Below are positions 1 to 15,718 of a stretch of 64,000 bases of DNA, piece by piece; position 1 is the first letter of the stretch, and each line of letters begins with the position of its first letter. This stretch comes from the human T2T-CHM13v2.0 reference genome, Homo sapiens. The stretch lies in assembly GCF_009914755.1 (NCBI RefSeq), contig NC_060931.1. The stretch is one strand, 5' to 3'. The translations under genes were made by a program, and so were the position numbers. The notes under the pieces were generated by a model that saw only the letters and a list, made by a program, of their open reading frames with translations, was not told the DNA's origin and did no database searches.

Positions 1-944
1 GAAAAGACCATTTACACAATTTTATTTGTCTCAACTCAAGTACACCTTCACCAAGGAAGATGATTGCACTCAATGACGATGGAAGTGCAATTCTACTCTA
101 CTTACCTTCTATTTAATGGAATCTTGTGAGATCTAGATTCTCAAGAATTGTATGAAAATACTTTATAAACTGCAAATGCTGCATATATATTAAGCTACAA
201 ATAGTGGCTTCAGCTCCATCAGTTTTATAAGTAGAAAGCTCTGTAGAAAGTAAAAAATATGAAAGAAATTCTTTTCCTTTTAAAGAGCATTTGCAGAACA
301 TTCTTTTTTTGGCTATAGCAAAGGAAAATAAAATTAATAATGACATTTTTAAAGGATGAAAGCTGAATGTGTTTGACTTGGAACTTTTTATCATCCTTCT
401 ATGATTTTCAGAAAGAGAGACAGAATTGTTAAGTTTTCTTTCTCCATTAAGAAAAATGAATTAACATGCTTGTTTGTTTCTTTTTGTTTACTATAAGAAT
501 TTGCAAAATCCTTTTTCTTTCCAGCCCCCTGAAGTCAGGCTTAACATTGGGTCAGATTTTTTTTTGGCCTTATTTTAGCAAAATCATTTTCTTTTTAAAG
601 TTCAAAATAAATATAGAAAGAAAAAGGGTCATTCCACATGTTTCAATGTGTATTCAAATGGTACAGACTTCAGACAAGTGGAGAGTGAGATCTCCTGAAG
701 TTGTCTGGAGGGAGTTCAGCAAAAGCCCTCGCAGACTACAGCCTTCTGTCTACTGTATTCCTGCTTCGGAATTTACGGTTTTATTTTCTTGCATATCGTT
801 ATGTTATTTAAAGGGCCAAGAGACTGGATGGCTAGTGGACATTTTAATTAAGGCAAGGGGAGGGGATTAGTGAATCTAGCTCATGCTTGCTACTGGCTTT
901 TGAGAAAAAAGACCCATTTATGAGCTCTCCGACTCTGTTTTCAG

Positions 945-1066
945 ATCAAACTCCGACCCCAACGAGATTCCTGAAGAACTGCGAGGAGGTGGGCCTCTTC
1001 AGCGAGCTGGACTGCTCCCTGGAGCACGAGTTCAGGAAGGCTCAGGAAGAGGAGAGCAGCAAGCGG
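945..1066 (+). CDS. CREB5: CREB5 internal coding exon (probably exon 4 of the long isoform), N-terminal transactivation domain with the MAPK TPTP motif
   Basis: Acceptor ctctgttttcag (AG 943-944) and donor CGG|GTAGGT (GT 1067-1068). Encodes (D)QTPTPTRFLKNCEEVGLFSELDCSLEHEFRKAQEEESSKR, an ATF2/ATF7/CREB5 motif whose residues match CREB5 as I recall it. 122 nt, phase 1 to phase 0. Confidence 0.97.
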
Positions 1067-4000
1067 GTAGGTTTGCTTGGATGGCCGCCTTGAGAGGTGT
1101 CCTGCTAGAAACTTCCACGAGGAAACTAGGTGGCACTGCACTGCAGATTGTGTTGATGTGGCCTTGAAGTATTTTAGCCATTTGTGAGTATTTGTCTAAT
1201 TTTTTTTAAAAGATTACTCCTTGATTATGGCAGAATTCAAAGCTAGATAAATCAAAAATTTAGTCAAACTTACAGATTTTTTCTATTCTCAATCAGCTGT
1301 TTTACTTTGCTAAGTATTTAATAGCAAACCTTTTGTGAGCAGTGAGTGCAGAAGAATAGAGCCAATGGGTGAGAGAACAGGCGAGTAATCTTCATGGTAG
1401 AAGAGGGGATTTCATCAGACTTTGGCCCATGTTGTAACTGTCTGTTTTCGATAATCTTTCCAGTCATTCTGCACCAAATTCATAATTATTTCCTGGTCAT
1501 ATTACCTTGTTCTAGTATTGAACATCTGTTGTTGCTGAGACAAATAAGTTGAGTACAACTGTGAATCATTTGTTCTTAAAAATGTAGGAAAATCACTTTG
1601 TGAAACCCTTAAGAATATATTCGGTGTTTATGGGAATGTGCTGAAATTTAAAATCACTTTACAAGAATAATGAAAGGAGATGGTGGTCACAAGTCAATGT
1701 GATGAGGATGCTTTTTGGTATTTTGTTCATTGTTATTATACAGCATTATTGAATGCCCACATTGTATTAAGAAACAAATTAGATACAGTCTGTGAACAGA
1801 AATTCAAAATGTGAAAGGTGATTGAAAGGAAAGACCAGTTAGGTAGTAATGAATTCTGAAGTCCAGCTGTTCCATCCGGAAAAGAAATTTTAAAAGGTTC
1901 TGATATTTCTCTAAGTGTTTCAAAGCCTTTTAGTCCTTGTCTATGTGAAATTATAATAATCCCCCCTCCACCAGATTTTTCCTGTCACATTCTCATGTCA
2001 TAATAGTCAAGGGCTTGTATTTAGCCTGTATGGCTTCAGGAGAAACCATGAAAATAAGTGATGCTTACAAGAGGGGTACAAAATCTCAGTCAACTCGTTT
2101 TACTTATTTATAATTAATTTATCATGCATGCTTGACTCTCTCCTCCACTCCCCCTCAAAGGATATGAAGTGCCTTTTTTCTTTTTTAAACAAGCACTTAC
2201 ATAGCAACTATTATTTGCCAGCCAAATAATAAGGTTCTGAGCACTTTAAAAAATTAACTTAATAAAAATAAAAGACATGCATTCTATATTTTGTTGCAAT
2301 AGAAATGTATATGTATATATATTTAAAACCATAAAAATAGCATGCAAGAGAGGAAGAAATTCTCATCATCTAGTCAACTTCCTTTGGTTGAGTAATAAAT
2401 TTTTTTTTTGATAGACATGTGTATGTAGAAGACTAAGGAATTAAGTTCATTCATTCCTCAAGATAGTCAAAGCTGGCTTCTTAAACTGAACTATAAGAAA
2501 GATGTGTATTTCATCCATATTGTCTTCATTTCTGATAGAATGGTTTTACCTCAAGTGTGTGCCCTTGATTTTACTAAAGACATTTTTCCAAGAACAGTTT
2601 CGTGAAGCCCGTGGTCGGGGTGTGGTTTTAGATATTCTCCATTGCATTATTCATGATTTCTTATATGAAGCCCTGTGTGAGGAAATTCTTGCAGATCTGA
2701 ATTCCAGGAAATGGTTTGCTTCCCCTGAGGAACTGAAATATTTTTCTCCTTATGGACATGAGAATCATGTAACTGGTTCTGTTTCTCTTTTCGCTTTGAC
2801 TGCTAGGTTAACACAAAGCCAAGTTTACTGCTAAACTTTGAAAACCTTTTCGAACATTGTGACGAGCATATTTTACTTCCTCCCTAGACCAGACTTTCAG
2901 TTCTAGTTTATATTTTCTCTGGTTCTGATTTTTAATTTAAAAAACATTGTCATGCTATACATGTTTCGTGAGTTGCTTTAAATTTCTTGTGGGTTGAAAA
3001 AGAGTATAGATAATTAAATTTTAAAAATTAAAATAATTAAGCAACCAAAGTAAGAAAAGGAACTATTGCAGCTGTAGAAACATGTTATTTTCTCTCTTTT
3101 AAGTGTTGCTCATAGCCATGTGATGCTTTCATGATAGGTGTGTGGGTGGGGAACGGCCAGCCTCCCCATGGTCTAGGGCCAGCGTCTCAGGACACCGCCG
3201 TCTCATGCCTCAGCCTCACTTGCACGCATGGGAAGCTGGACAATATTCAGGCTGTTGAGGCTTCTTCTTCCTTTGCCTCATTCAAACCAGAGGGGCCAAA
3301 TCCAGCCTCAGGTGGCCATGGTTACACGAGAGGGCATTGTCTTGAGGGCTAAACCACAATGACTCCTCTGGCAGCAAAGACGGCTGTGTTGGTGGCTTTG
3401 GCTCTGGCATTTCTTTGGAAGTCACAGGGCAGGGAAATGAGGAGTAGGAATATTGCTCCCCCGCCTGACAATATTCTTTTACCTACCCCTTTGACCAGGT
3501 TTTTCCAGCTGTCAACATCCTTGGCATCCTGCCACCCCAGCTCTTCTTTCCCTGCTTAAAAAGCAGAAACACAGGTTCTTATTCAGTGCCTATCTTATCA
3601 TTTTTTAGTATTCTTTTCTTTTTCCTTTTGGTCTACATTCTGACAATTATTTCTTTTTAATTCTACATCTCTAGTTGTCTTCTGATTTCTTTTCCTCTGA
3701 GTCTTTAGACTTGCATTGGTTCCCTCATTAGGTTTTAGTAAAGTGGAAGATGGATTAATTTATCTGGAGAATTTGGCTAAAGAAAGTTCTTGCTTGAACT
3801 TTCTATGTGTCTTACACAAAAAATATTGGAAAGATTGGACTGGTTCTGCACACCACCTTTAAAACTTCTAGCTGCAGTTGGTCTAGAAAATTCTGTTAAA
3901 GAGCAAATAGAGAATTGATCCTTACTTGACCCATGTGGCTGTCCATTGGGGAAAAGTCTGTTGTACAGACTCTGTCTCTAATCCCAGCATCCTTTTCCAG

Positions 4001-4289
4001 AAGCATCCCAATGTGTATATAGAATCAGCGCAGGCTGTAAGCAGGTTATGTCCACTGGAGAAAGCCCTCATTATCTGTATTAATACTATACATAGCAGAC
4101 AACAAGTTCCATAATAGCCTCAATTTCCATATTAATAGAAGCTTATAACCTCATAAATCTTTAATAAGAGAATTGTTTCCCCTTAGAAAAGCATGTTGTA
4201 ATTCACTATCAGGTATCATAAATGTCAACTTGCCAATGGCTTAGAACTCAGACTAGTTCATATCCTGAAATATATAAGAAATTTTGTTC

Positions 4290-5700
<1,411 letters not shown>

Positions 5701-5977
5701 ATTGCACTCCCCTCCGTGGTCAGAGACGACGCAGGAGACCATGAGGTATGAAGAATGAAATCAAGTAGGGAAGCCCAGCCCTAGCAGACATGTTGAATGG
5801 ACAACTGGCATGTTGATTTTGTGTTCCATGTTAGAGGAAAGAAAAACAAAAATATTTTTAAAAACAGAAAAAGAAAAAAAGAGGTGTGTGAATTTTCCTT
5901 TTATGTTTAATGACTTAAAAAAGAAATTGCATAATACACATCTAGGAGATGGGAAATAGATTTATCATATAATAACT

Positions 5978-6012
5978 CTGTGTGTTGTGTGTGTGTGTAT
6001 GTGTGTGTGTGT
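5978..6012. repeat. Imperfect (TG)n microsatellite
   Basis: tgtgtgttgtgtgtgtgtgtatgtgtgtgtgtgt. Confidence 0.85.
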
Positions 6013-7721
6013 AAGGAAGGACGGGTAATTGAAGGGACTAGAAATGAACTCCTTTGTCCTGCTAAGAGAAACATAACATTACAGCCTAAAGTGGTTAAAG
6101 ACCCTGAAGATGAAAAGTGTGGTGTATAAGTGCTAAGTGTTGTTATTCTCCCATAGGACCTAAATCGGACTCATTATGCTGATGCAGCAATAGGAAATTA
6201 GGACATTTCCATGCTCTAGAATTCCTACCAAAATGATTAAAAGTGAAGTCCATCCCCAGAGAGTATTGACTGTTTAACACATGGAACAAGGGACAAGCTA
6301 CAGTCTTAAGATCTTGGATCCCAGCTCAACAGGAGTCACAGAACAGGGCATGGTGGGGTCAGCCTCAGCTCCGCAAAGCAGGCTGTTTAATCTGATTAAA
6401 TTCTGTACCTGGAAATCATGTTACCCGATGCCACCCATTACTTGGGGCAAGAAGGTGCGGAAGGAGAGGCACTTTGCCTTCTTACACTATCTTGTGCCCA
6501 TCAGCCGCTAGCCAGCATCGCTGCTCTGTGGGGAAGGTATGAGTGGTGCTGGATGGAAAATAAAAGATGCCAAGTTGAGCAAACTTGCAACAGCTGCACA
6601 TTTCCGGTTATGCTAACATGTTGCTTCTCTGATATTTGTGTAAAACAATCCTTCCCTCCCCCCAGAAGTATGGAGAAAAAGAATATTCTGAAACCTAAAC
6701 TTGGTTTTATCCAGGTTTTGAAAATGTCCCCGTGTTTGCTTAATCCTAGTAGATGAGGCTGCTTTTGATCTTTTCATTTTTTTTTTTTTTATCAGCATGA
6801 CTGAAAGGAAACACTCATTGACAGTGATATTGGAGATGACAACCTCTTTCTTCCACCACCCCAATGACTGAAAACCCTAAGGCTTATATTATAAGGATTC
6901 TTTTTGTCCTCCCATTTCAGTGCACTACAAATGTAAATCACGTTCAACTTTCTCCTTGCAGGTTAAAATTATGCCCTCATCTTAGGTGGAATTTGACGCT
7001 GGAAGGGAATTTGACTTGATCTTTGCATCCCACTCAGGGGAGTGACTAAACCAGTGGATAAACTGGAAGCTATTTCATGTGTTTTAGGTCACTAGGATTT
7101 AGGAATAATGAGTACAATCTTAGCAGGGATTATTAAGAGTTGGTATTTACTTCCACATATGTGAATGAATGTGATCTCAGGTTCTGCTTCAACTTTAAAG
7201 TGGAGTGGAGTTCTTTTCAACTCATAGGAGTTCATTTTTGGTTTGTTTTTGGGTTTTTTGGTGAAAAGACAGGGTATCCTGAAAGTAGCAATATACATAG
7301 TCTATTGTCTTGCAAAGAGTGGACACTTAATATTAAGTGTTCGATGTAGATGATGAGAGCAGCTCAGGAAGCTGACAGCTTAGAGGAATACTGGCTAAGA
7401 TGGTGACAGATATTTGTTCATCATCTCCCTTGGCGAGTTTGCATATTCGGGTTATTTGGATCTTAATTGATGAATCCTTACAAGCTAATTTTCACAGTAA
7501 AGAAAAAAAGTATTTTATCTCTTGCGACTGGGGACTTGATTTTGAGTGCTTGATTATTTGGCAGCTGGTGGCTCTGTCTTCAACCAGTGTTAACAGGCAA
7601 AGTGAAGGGGGGAGGTGGTTGTGACAGTAATTTCAGACGAATGTCTCCTAGCCTGTGGCAGCTTTCATTGTTCTCTGAGTTCAGTATTAATTATTTAAAT
7701 TATTTATCACAGGTTTTATTT

Positions 7722-8025
<304 letters not shown>

Positions 8026-9253
8026 TATCACAGGTTTTATTTATATTTGCTATGACAGGACATTTGTTCTGGCAAGATAGAAGTCTCTGTCTGATGTCTT
8101 CTTGAGAACTGGCCCAAGGTTTTCAGAGGCTGGAGTCTGAATTAGAAAGGTTGCGCATTCATGTCATGCCTGTGGCGGGTGTTATCGGAGGTGCTAATGT
8201 CTCCCTTGAAGCTACAGAGTAGGAGGGACTGGAGAATGCTTGGACCCTATTTTATTTCCATCATGATGATTGCTAGGGAAGCTGGACGTTAATTTTGGGA
8301 AAGACTATTTGTGTTGGAAATATTGCAGAGTAAAATAGTGTTTTCTTGCACCAGCATTTCCTGTTCAGTTGTGACTGGGGATGGTAACAATCAAAGGACT
8401 TACATATTCATAAAGCATATTCATGTCCACATATGGACATGAATTAATGTCCATTAAATATACTATTAATGATAATTTGATTTGGGCCTCTTCAGTTAAC
8501 TGGGAATAATTATAAGTGGTTATACTAGTAATAGTTTTCTCCATTGGAAATGCAGAGAAATAAACTGTCAAGAGAGACAAAAAGGGAGCCAGTGGTTTAT
8601 GTGGACCGTCTTGGCCTTTCTCTGACCTCTCTGGGTGTCCAGCTCTGCCTCCCTGTCTTTTGGATGTATCCACTCTTAGGTGGATTTTGTTTACACCTTC
8701 TCTTCAGAAAACCCATACATTCTCATAGCTTAAGAGTCAAGTCCACCCAGACAATTCCTTTATCGTACATCTAGCCCTTGCATTGGCATAAATATTGGTC
8801 TCTAGCCTCTAGCTGTTACTGATGTTCCCATTGAACATACTACTGCTATTCCTCACTCAACATGCCGGAAACCATACCCAGGGCTTTCCCATACAAACTC
8901 ACCACCATGCCCGACTCCCCTGGTTCTGTTAGAGGCATGTTTCACCCTCCCACTCTGGGACTCAGCTCCCTCCCTACCCTCTTTCGTTCCACTCCTTAGG
9001 TCCAATCAAATTTCTTTAGACACAGTCCTCAGATCTTCCCTTTATTTTCCGTTTCTATTACCTCAAGCCTAGACCATTCTTACTTCGTACTGGGTTATTG
9101 CTGCGAATTCTAAGAAGGCTATATGACCTTTAACATAACTTTAAAGAGATACCTAGTAATAAGTATTATTGTAATAATTATTATTGTAAAATTGAATGCA
9201 TTTAAAAAAAACAAAAACTAACAAATGTTTAAAGTAAAAATATATATATATAT

Positions 9254-9568
9254 GACCAGGTGTGGTGGCTTATACCTGAAATCTGAGCTCTCTGGGAGGC
9301 CTCGGGGTGAGAGGATCACTTGAGCTCAGGAGTTTAAGATTAGCCTTGGCAACATAATGAGACCTCTTCTGTATTAAAAATGAAAATAAAAAAATTATCC
9401 AGGGTTGGTGGCCCACACCTGTAGTCCCAGCTGCTTGGGAGGCTGAGGCAGGAGGGTTGCTTGAGCCCAGGTGTTCAAGGCTGCAGAGAACTGTGATCGC
9501 ACCACTGTACTCGACTGAGTGACAGAGCGACACCTTGTATTTTTTTAAAAAAAAAAGTAAAGAAAACA
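9254..9568 (+). mobile_element. Old Alu (AluJ-type)
   Basis: Diverged dimer with ttgagcccagg...aaggctgcag and an A-rich tail. Confidence 0.9.
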
Positions 9569-12566
9569 ATTGTTCTTGAAGCTGTTTGCCTTTTCTTTGT
9601 GGTTAAAGGAAAAGTTCCTCCAAATATTATCATTGTTAAAAATTAGAGAGATCGGTGTGGGACATAGTGGGTATAAAAAGGGGATAGTTTGGAAATTTTA
9701 TAAACACAGCCTCATGCTGTATTTTACTACAGCAACATGTGGTCAGTTAATCCTGGTGCTACAACATTGGGACTGAAGTGGGGGCAATAAATGACCGAAA
9801 AAAGAAACCCAAAACAGCCAAAACCACAGTGCAGCCCTGAAGCTCCGCAGGCACCGCCCTCAGCTCAGCTGCAGCCTGTAAGGGCCACTTCTTTGGCCCG
9901 CCCTGCCCTCCCATCAGGCAGCCTTACTGCAGCTGAAAATCAGTCCAAGTGGATTCTAGTGGTTGGGATGATCCTCACTAAAACAATTAGGAAGCTCCGC
10001 CTTAAGGTCTGGGAAAAAGGTAGCTTTTCCCAGCAGGGAACTTTCTCATCAGGGTGATTGTTTTAAATTCCAGGTTGGGTCGGGTACTCAGCTTGTTTAA
10101 ATCGCTTCTTACCTGTCCCAAGGCAGGCAAGCCAGGCTGCAATTTCAAGGTATTAACCCAAATGGAATCACAACATCGAATGGACACTCTCCTCCGAATG
10201 AATCCATTTCCAGCTGTGAGTAATTCAGGATTTCTGACGTGCCAGACAGGCACACAGAGTGGGGTGTGTACCTGGGCTCAGGAGGCCCTTGCATCTGCAG
10301 AGGAAGCTCACGCTGTCCTCCGCGAGGCCCTGCATTAATACTCCCAAAGGCATGCAGGAAAACAGATCTGTTTTCTGGGCCAGATTAAAAGTAAATGACT
10401 AAAAGATGAAGCTTCCGTTCTAGGCAGAAAACAGCATTCACATTTGGAAAACTGGACCAAATGATAGACTCAGCATCTGTAGCTAAGTTACTTACCTGGG
10501 CCCCTCACAGAGACGTGAAAAAAACTGACATTGTAAAAAGAGGAAAGGAAAATAATATAATAGTTGCAAGAAACTGTCTCTGCCTCCATCATCTCATAAA
10601 TCCAGGTGAACATTAAGTACGGCTTGGAGCAGGTATGGGAGTGATTTACTCTGAGAACTCTGCTCCAGCATTTGTGTGTTGTTAAGTTATTTCCATACTG
10701 AAAAGTCTGAGGCCAGAACTGGGATTCCGAGCATTCCTCCCATCTGCATTTCCAGCACGTTGGCTGTCAACTCAAACCTGTGGTACGATGACTGATTTTA
10801 GTATCAGAACCATGCAGGGCCATTTCCCTTGTTCTTCACCCAAGTCCCACCAAAGTCCAAAGACTTAGGAAAGTTGATCAAACGGTGGATTTTCCCCCCT
10901 GAATTACTGGTACCTATGTTCATGTACTTTTTGGAACTAGTTGTTCTGGTGAGCCAGGTGGGGCTTACAAGCCGGTTGGGTTGGTGAGGAGGCTAGGCTG
11001 TTTTCTTTGGGTGGCCACGCACCTCCTGTCTGCAGTGGAATATCTGTCGCAGGCTTCTCTGCTTGACTGTTGTTAGGTTTCCCTCTGTGCTTTGCTTTCT
11101 GGGATAGTCAAAGCTATTGTTCAGTTTGTTAGAACTTGTGACTCTGTTCTGTGTGACCAGTCCAGTCCTCTTGTTTGGTTCTCGGGTGAAGCAGAATTCC
11201 AAAAGGACTTTACTTTCAGCATCTCCTCTAAGCACAAATTTGCTAATAGAACTCACTTGCTGCTGGCAGGATGAGACCGGTGTGTATGATGACATTTTGT
11301 AAGACAACATTCGAGCTATTATTCGAGAGTTTTGAAGCTAGAAGAAGGCTGTCCCACCTGCAAGCTTTCCCTTCATTGTCTGGTGCTGAGGGTGGGGGAG
11401 CAGCTTGCTTCCCAGTCCTCTCTGTAAAATGAGGACTTCATATTTTGGATTTAGTGTGGCTGCAGCCAGCGGAGCCCTTGAGATCTGAGGTATGTGCAGA
11501 ATACACCATCTGTTCTAAGAAAACTTTGAAAGTTAATCATAGTGCTGACCGAATCCTGCCTGAGTTGGTGCTGGGCACAGCCTTTTTCTGGGGCTTTATG
11601 TTTGGGTGGGGGTTTATTCAGGCTCTGCAAGCAGTCACTTCCCCAAAGAAGAAAAGCAGTCGTGTTTTGTGTGAATGTCAGGCTGATTGACTACAGGTGA
11701 TGCAGCACTGGGCATTTTTGAATCACAGCCTCTCTCAAAGAAGTCGTCCCCTTCCTGCCTTCTCCCAGCATGATTTGTTATGCACAGAGCTTAGGAACTT
11801 TCCCAGAGGATTTATGAACATAAGGTTATTGCTGAATTTGTTGGCATGGTTGGCCCAGGCATTCCTGTCCATTGCTCTCTAACCAGAGCAACAAGCCTTT
11901 GGATAAGGAAGCCTGGGCTTCTCAGTGCTCTAGAATGTGGTGGGCATGCGAGTCCCACCCTTGTAACCCCACTTGGTTGGTCTCCAAATGGCTAGAGGGA
12001 AACAAGATGGCCCAGAATTCTGGCAACCCCTTTCTCAGTGTGTCGTGCCCAAGAGCTCTTCCCCGTGCTGCCAGGCCACCTGAAAGTGGCCTCCAAACAC
12101 TTCCTGTGCGATCCACACTCCCCCCATGTGGATTGTGAGGATGTGACTTGGAGTGTGGTCTGAACTCAGGACGAGGGCAAGAAGTCAGCTCCATTCCATC
12201 GCTCTCTAAAAGTCACACATGACTTTATTTTCTCACTGGTAAAATGGGCCTTTTGACAACTTTGAAGTTCTAAACATAGGAAGTTAGAATACATCAAGAT
12301 CTGAAGAATTGACATTAAAACTGGTTCCTAGGTAGGGGTTGTTAGATTCATACATCACTAGAGCATCTCACTTTGAACATTCTTTCTGATGTTGACTACA
12401 AGAAGTGTCCAAAAAGCGAGCAGGAAACAGGAATCCAAACTCCACGTTCACAGAGACAATTACACCGTTGTGACATTGCTGCCTGGAAGAGGCGTCTTTT
12501 TCCTGCATGTCAGCAGTAAGGAAATAATTCCTTGATCCAGATCTCTGCTAGATTTTTTTCTTTATT

Positions 12567-12639
12567 TGTATTACAACAATACATGTGTATATGTTTTAGG
12601 CACATGTATTACAACATACATGTGTATATGTTTTAGGCA
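12567..12639. repeat. Two-copy tandem duplication, period 38 bp
   Basis: tgtattacaac(a)atacatgtgtatatgttttaggca occurs twice (12567-12602 and 12605-12639). Confidence 0.9.
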
Positions 12640-15319
12640 AAGTTGGGAATTCAGACTTTGGGAACAATTTCATGCCAATTTCTGGGAAGTTCTGGCAGAC
12701 ATTCTGATTATACCTAAATTGCTTATAATGTTCAATCCAACACCAGCTTTAACAGATAATTGCTATCAAAGTATAACTACCTGCTGCCCTTTGATTTTGA
12801 AGATGGCGTCACTGATTTACCCATAAGCTGGAGGTGAACTTAGAGTTGATTTACCCTTGGTGGTTAATGGGTTTGCACAAATCTAAACACACGTGCCCTC
12901 CCATAGACTTCCTTGCAACCAGAGGCACATATTGTAAGACAGCTGGCCAGGGCCAGGGGTGCAGTCTGTGATGGTGGGAGAGAGGCACTACTTTGACCTC
13001 ATTAAAGTAGTCCTTCTAATTGAATGCGACAGTCATAGACCACAACTGCTCAGTGCTGCACTTATACAATGTACTGGTGTATTTCGCAGGAAAAACATCT
13101 GTTAATAACACTGACGGAATATTCCCAGCATTATTTTCTCTTCTATTTTACATTTTGCTCTTCTTAAATTTGATTGCTTTTTGGCAAAATCTCAGGATGC
13201 CAAACAAACATAACCAAATCACGTAACAGTGGTTTGTTGTTATAAAAAAGCATTGAGAGCTCACATATGTGCATTAAACCAAACTGAAAATGGACAAGAA
13301 CTCATAAAGAAGGACATGTGTGTCTCTGATTTTTGCACATGAGTTGGTGTTAGAAGGGAAAATAGGAATGGTGCTTTGGTGTGTGCTAGGAATGGCTTGA
13401 AAGGAACTGATCCACTAAAATACTTTGTTTAGTTGCATCGTGGTATGGGTTCAGCTCATCCGCCTGGATTACTGGCTTTTCATCAAAGGCTAAGTAGGTA
13501 CTACTTCAATAGAGCCGTGTTCCTTCAGTATGAACTAGCTGACTCAGGTCAGTTTTTAAACATCAGTTTATAACTTGCTATGCTCACACACTTATGCCAA
13601 CTTCCTCCTTCGTAGTTGTCTCCGCATCCTCCTGCCTCAGGCTTTTGGGAGGCCTCTTCCCTTTCACATTTGTCACTGAGACCATTTGACATATTAGCCA
13701 GTTGGGGCATGAGGTCCAAACAAGAATTACTCATATTTGCATTCTCCTTTCCTATCCGTGGAAAAGAAGAGACCAAGTCTGATTTCTGAAGTGATCCCCA
13801 CTTCCTGCAACTCCCTGGCAGAGGTAACTTGCTCCTAGGGCCAAATCCCCTTCCCAACGGCTGTTTGGTGATTCTGTGTCACTGGGCTGACTGTAAAATC
13901 AGGCATATCCTTTTAATTACCTGTTCATATTTCAGCAATGCCGAGCTCTGTGGCACAGAGAGAGGGGATAAACCTTCATTGTAAAAGATTTTTAGAAAGA
14001 CTATCTCTGAGATAAGAGTTCTAAATCTTGGCAGTCTCTTCAGAGCACACACTTTGTGATTGCACACAAATTCTTGGCTCCCCAGAGCCGTGTTGTAAAT
14101 GGAGCACAGTGTACAGGGTTGGGTAATAAGATACTGCAGATACATTTTAGAGCAAGGTGCACTTTTGCTTTATTTATGAAGATAGACAGGCTGGTTGAGG
14201 GCTTAATCACAGCTGATAAATCATTTTAAGAAAGCCTATTAGAACCATATGCTGATTTTTTTGCATTAATATAGTGTGTCTGTTTCCAGTCTAATAAGAC
14301 AGGGTTTTTTTCTCCTGTGCTCTGGGTCTCTCCAGTGTAGACTATTTATCTGTTTAAGTGGTATCACTTGTGTGGGGGCAGTCTCTCCTTAAGAGGTACC
14401 ATTAATAAAGGCAAAAGAAAAGGGGGAGGCAAAAATGAGCCAAGGCACCCATTGCACAGTGCATGTGTGTGTGTGGGCATGCAAGTGTGCCTGTGCACGT
14501 GTGTATAAGTGTGTGTGTGTTTATGGTATTACAAAGGAAAGAGTAAAAAAGCTGAGAACAGGAAACATCTCAATTAGAGTTTCGGAAGGCCGTGGATTGG
14601 TCTTCACTTGGCATAAGGTAGTCATTTCAGCCCAGGTGGTTATAATACTGTAGGAAAAGATTATCTGAAGTTGGAAGAGGGTGTGCACTGACATTTTGGT
14701 TACCTCACTTCTCCCCAGGCTCGCGGAGGTCTGCCCCAAGAACAGGTCCCAAGGCTCTTTAATGAGAGCCACATTGGAGCTCCGACTCTGAGCCAAGCTC
14801 TGTTTATCACTAATTGCAGGGGTGCCTTGCAGATCTTTTCTATTATTTCCTGATTATACCCCTGCTCTTTTTATTATCTTGCCAAAATTCAAACAGTAAT
14901 AATTGCATGATTTATTGTTTATTTATAACCCTTCTACTGCTTCAATCCCTGTATTTAATAGATTTTAAAACAGCAAATAGCTCTTACTAACCTTCTACAG
15001 GGAAGTCATGTATATGCCAATCTTACTTGGCATTCTTCAAACCACTTCCATGGTACTTCTGCACAATACGGTGTCTCTGACCAGATACAGAAGGGCTGTT
15101 TTTAAGTGCACAGAGAGTTTGTGTGCCAGGAGAATGTGTTAGGAAAGGATATTAATTTATCCTATAGGATTACGTTGAGTTATGTTAATATGACTTCTAG
15201 TCTTTCCAACTCACACTTTCCAAGAGAGAGATAAATGAAAAGCCTGTTTTATACACATTTAGACATAGTGGGGAAATATAACATCACATTATTAAAATTG
15301 AGATTATAAACTAGTAATA

Positions 15320-15560
15320 ATAAAATTCACCATCATTCCTTGGGCTCCTACTATTTGTCAGGTGCCGTTCTAGAAGTTTTGTTTATATTATCCCCGTTCA
15401 TCATAGCAATCCTAGAAGATAGATGTTTTTGCCCCCATTTTACACAATGAGAAGTTAAAGCTTAAGAGTTTAAATAATTTGCTGAAAGTCATGAAGCTAG
15501 TAAGTTGCAGATTGAGTATATAGGACTGTCTGCTGGGAAATTAGTGTGTTTCCCGCTACT
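15320..15560 (-). mobile_element. MIR
   Basis: ccccattttacacaatgagaa core, reverse orientation. Confidence 0.7.
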
Positions 15561-15718
15561 TCAGATGCTTCTTCCTGTCTTTCGTTGTGTGCATATGCAT
15601 TTTAATATAATTTACTTGAAAAAATGTCCGGTGGAAGCTTTTGCAGAACATCAAGCCATGCTTGACCTTGACAAACACATGAAAATATCTTGACTGCACT
15701 GACTATATCCTGCTCTTT

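Noticed and set aside
887-1093. 68-aa ORF as a standalone gene
   Set aside because: It is the CREB5 exon plus in-frame intronic flanks. Splice sites define 945-1066.
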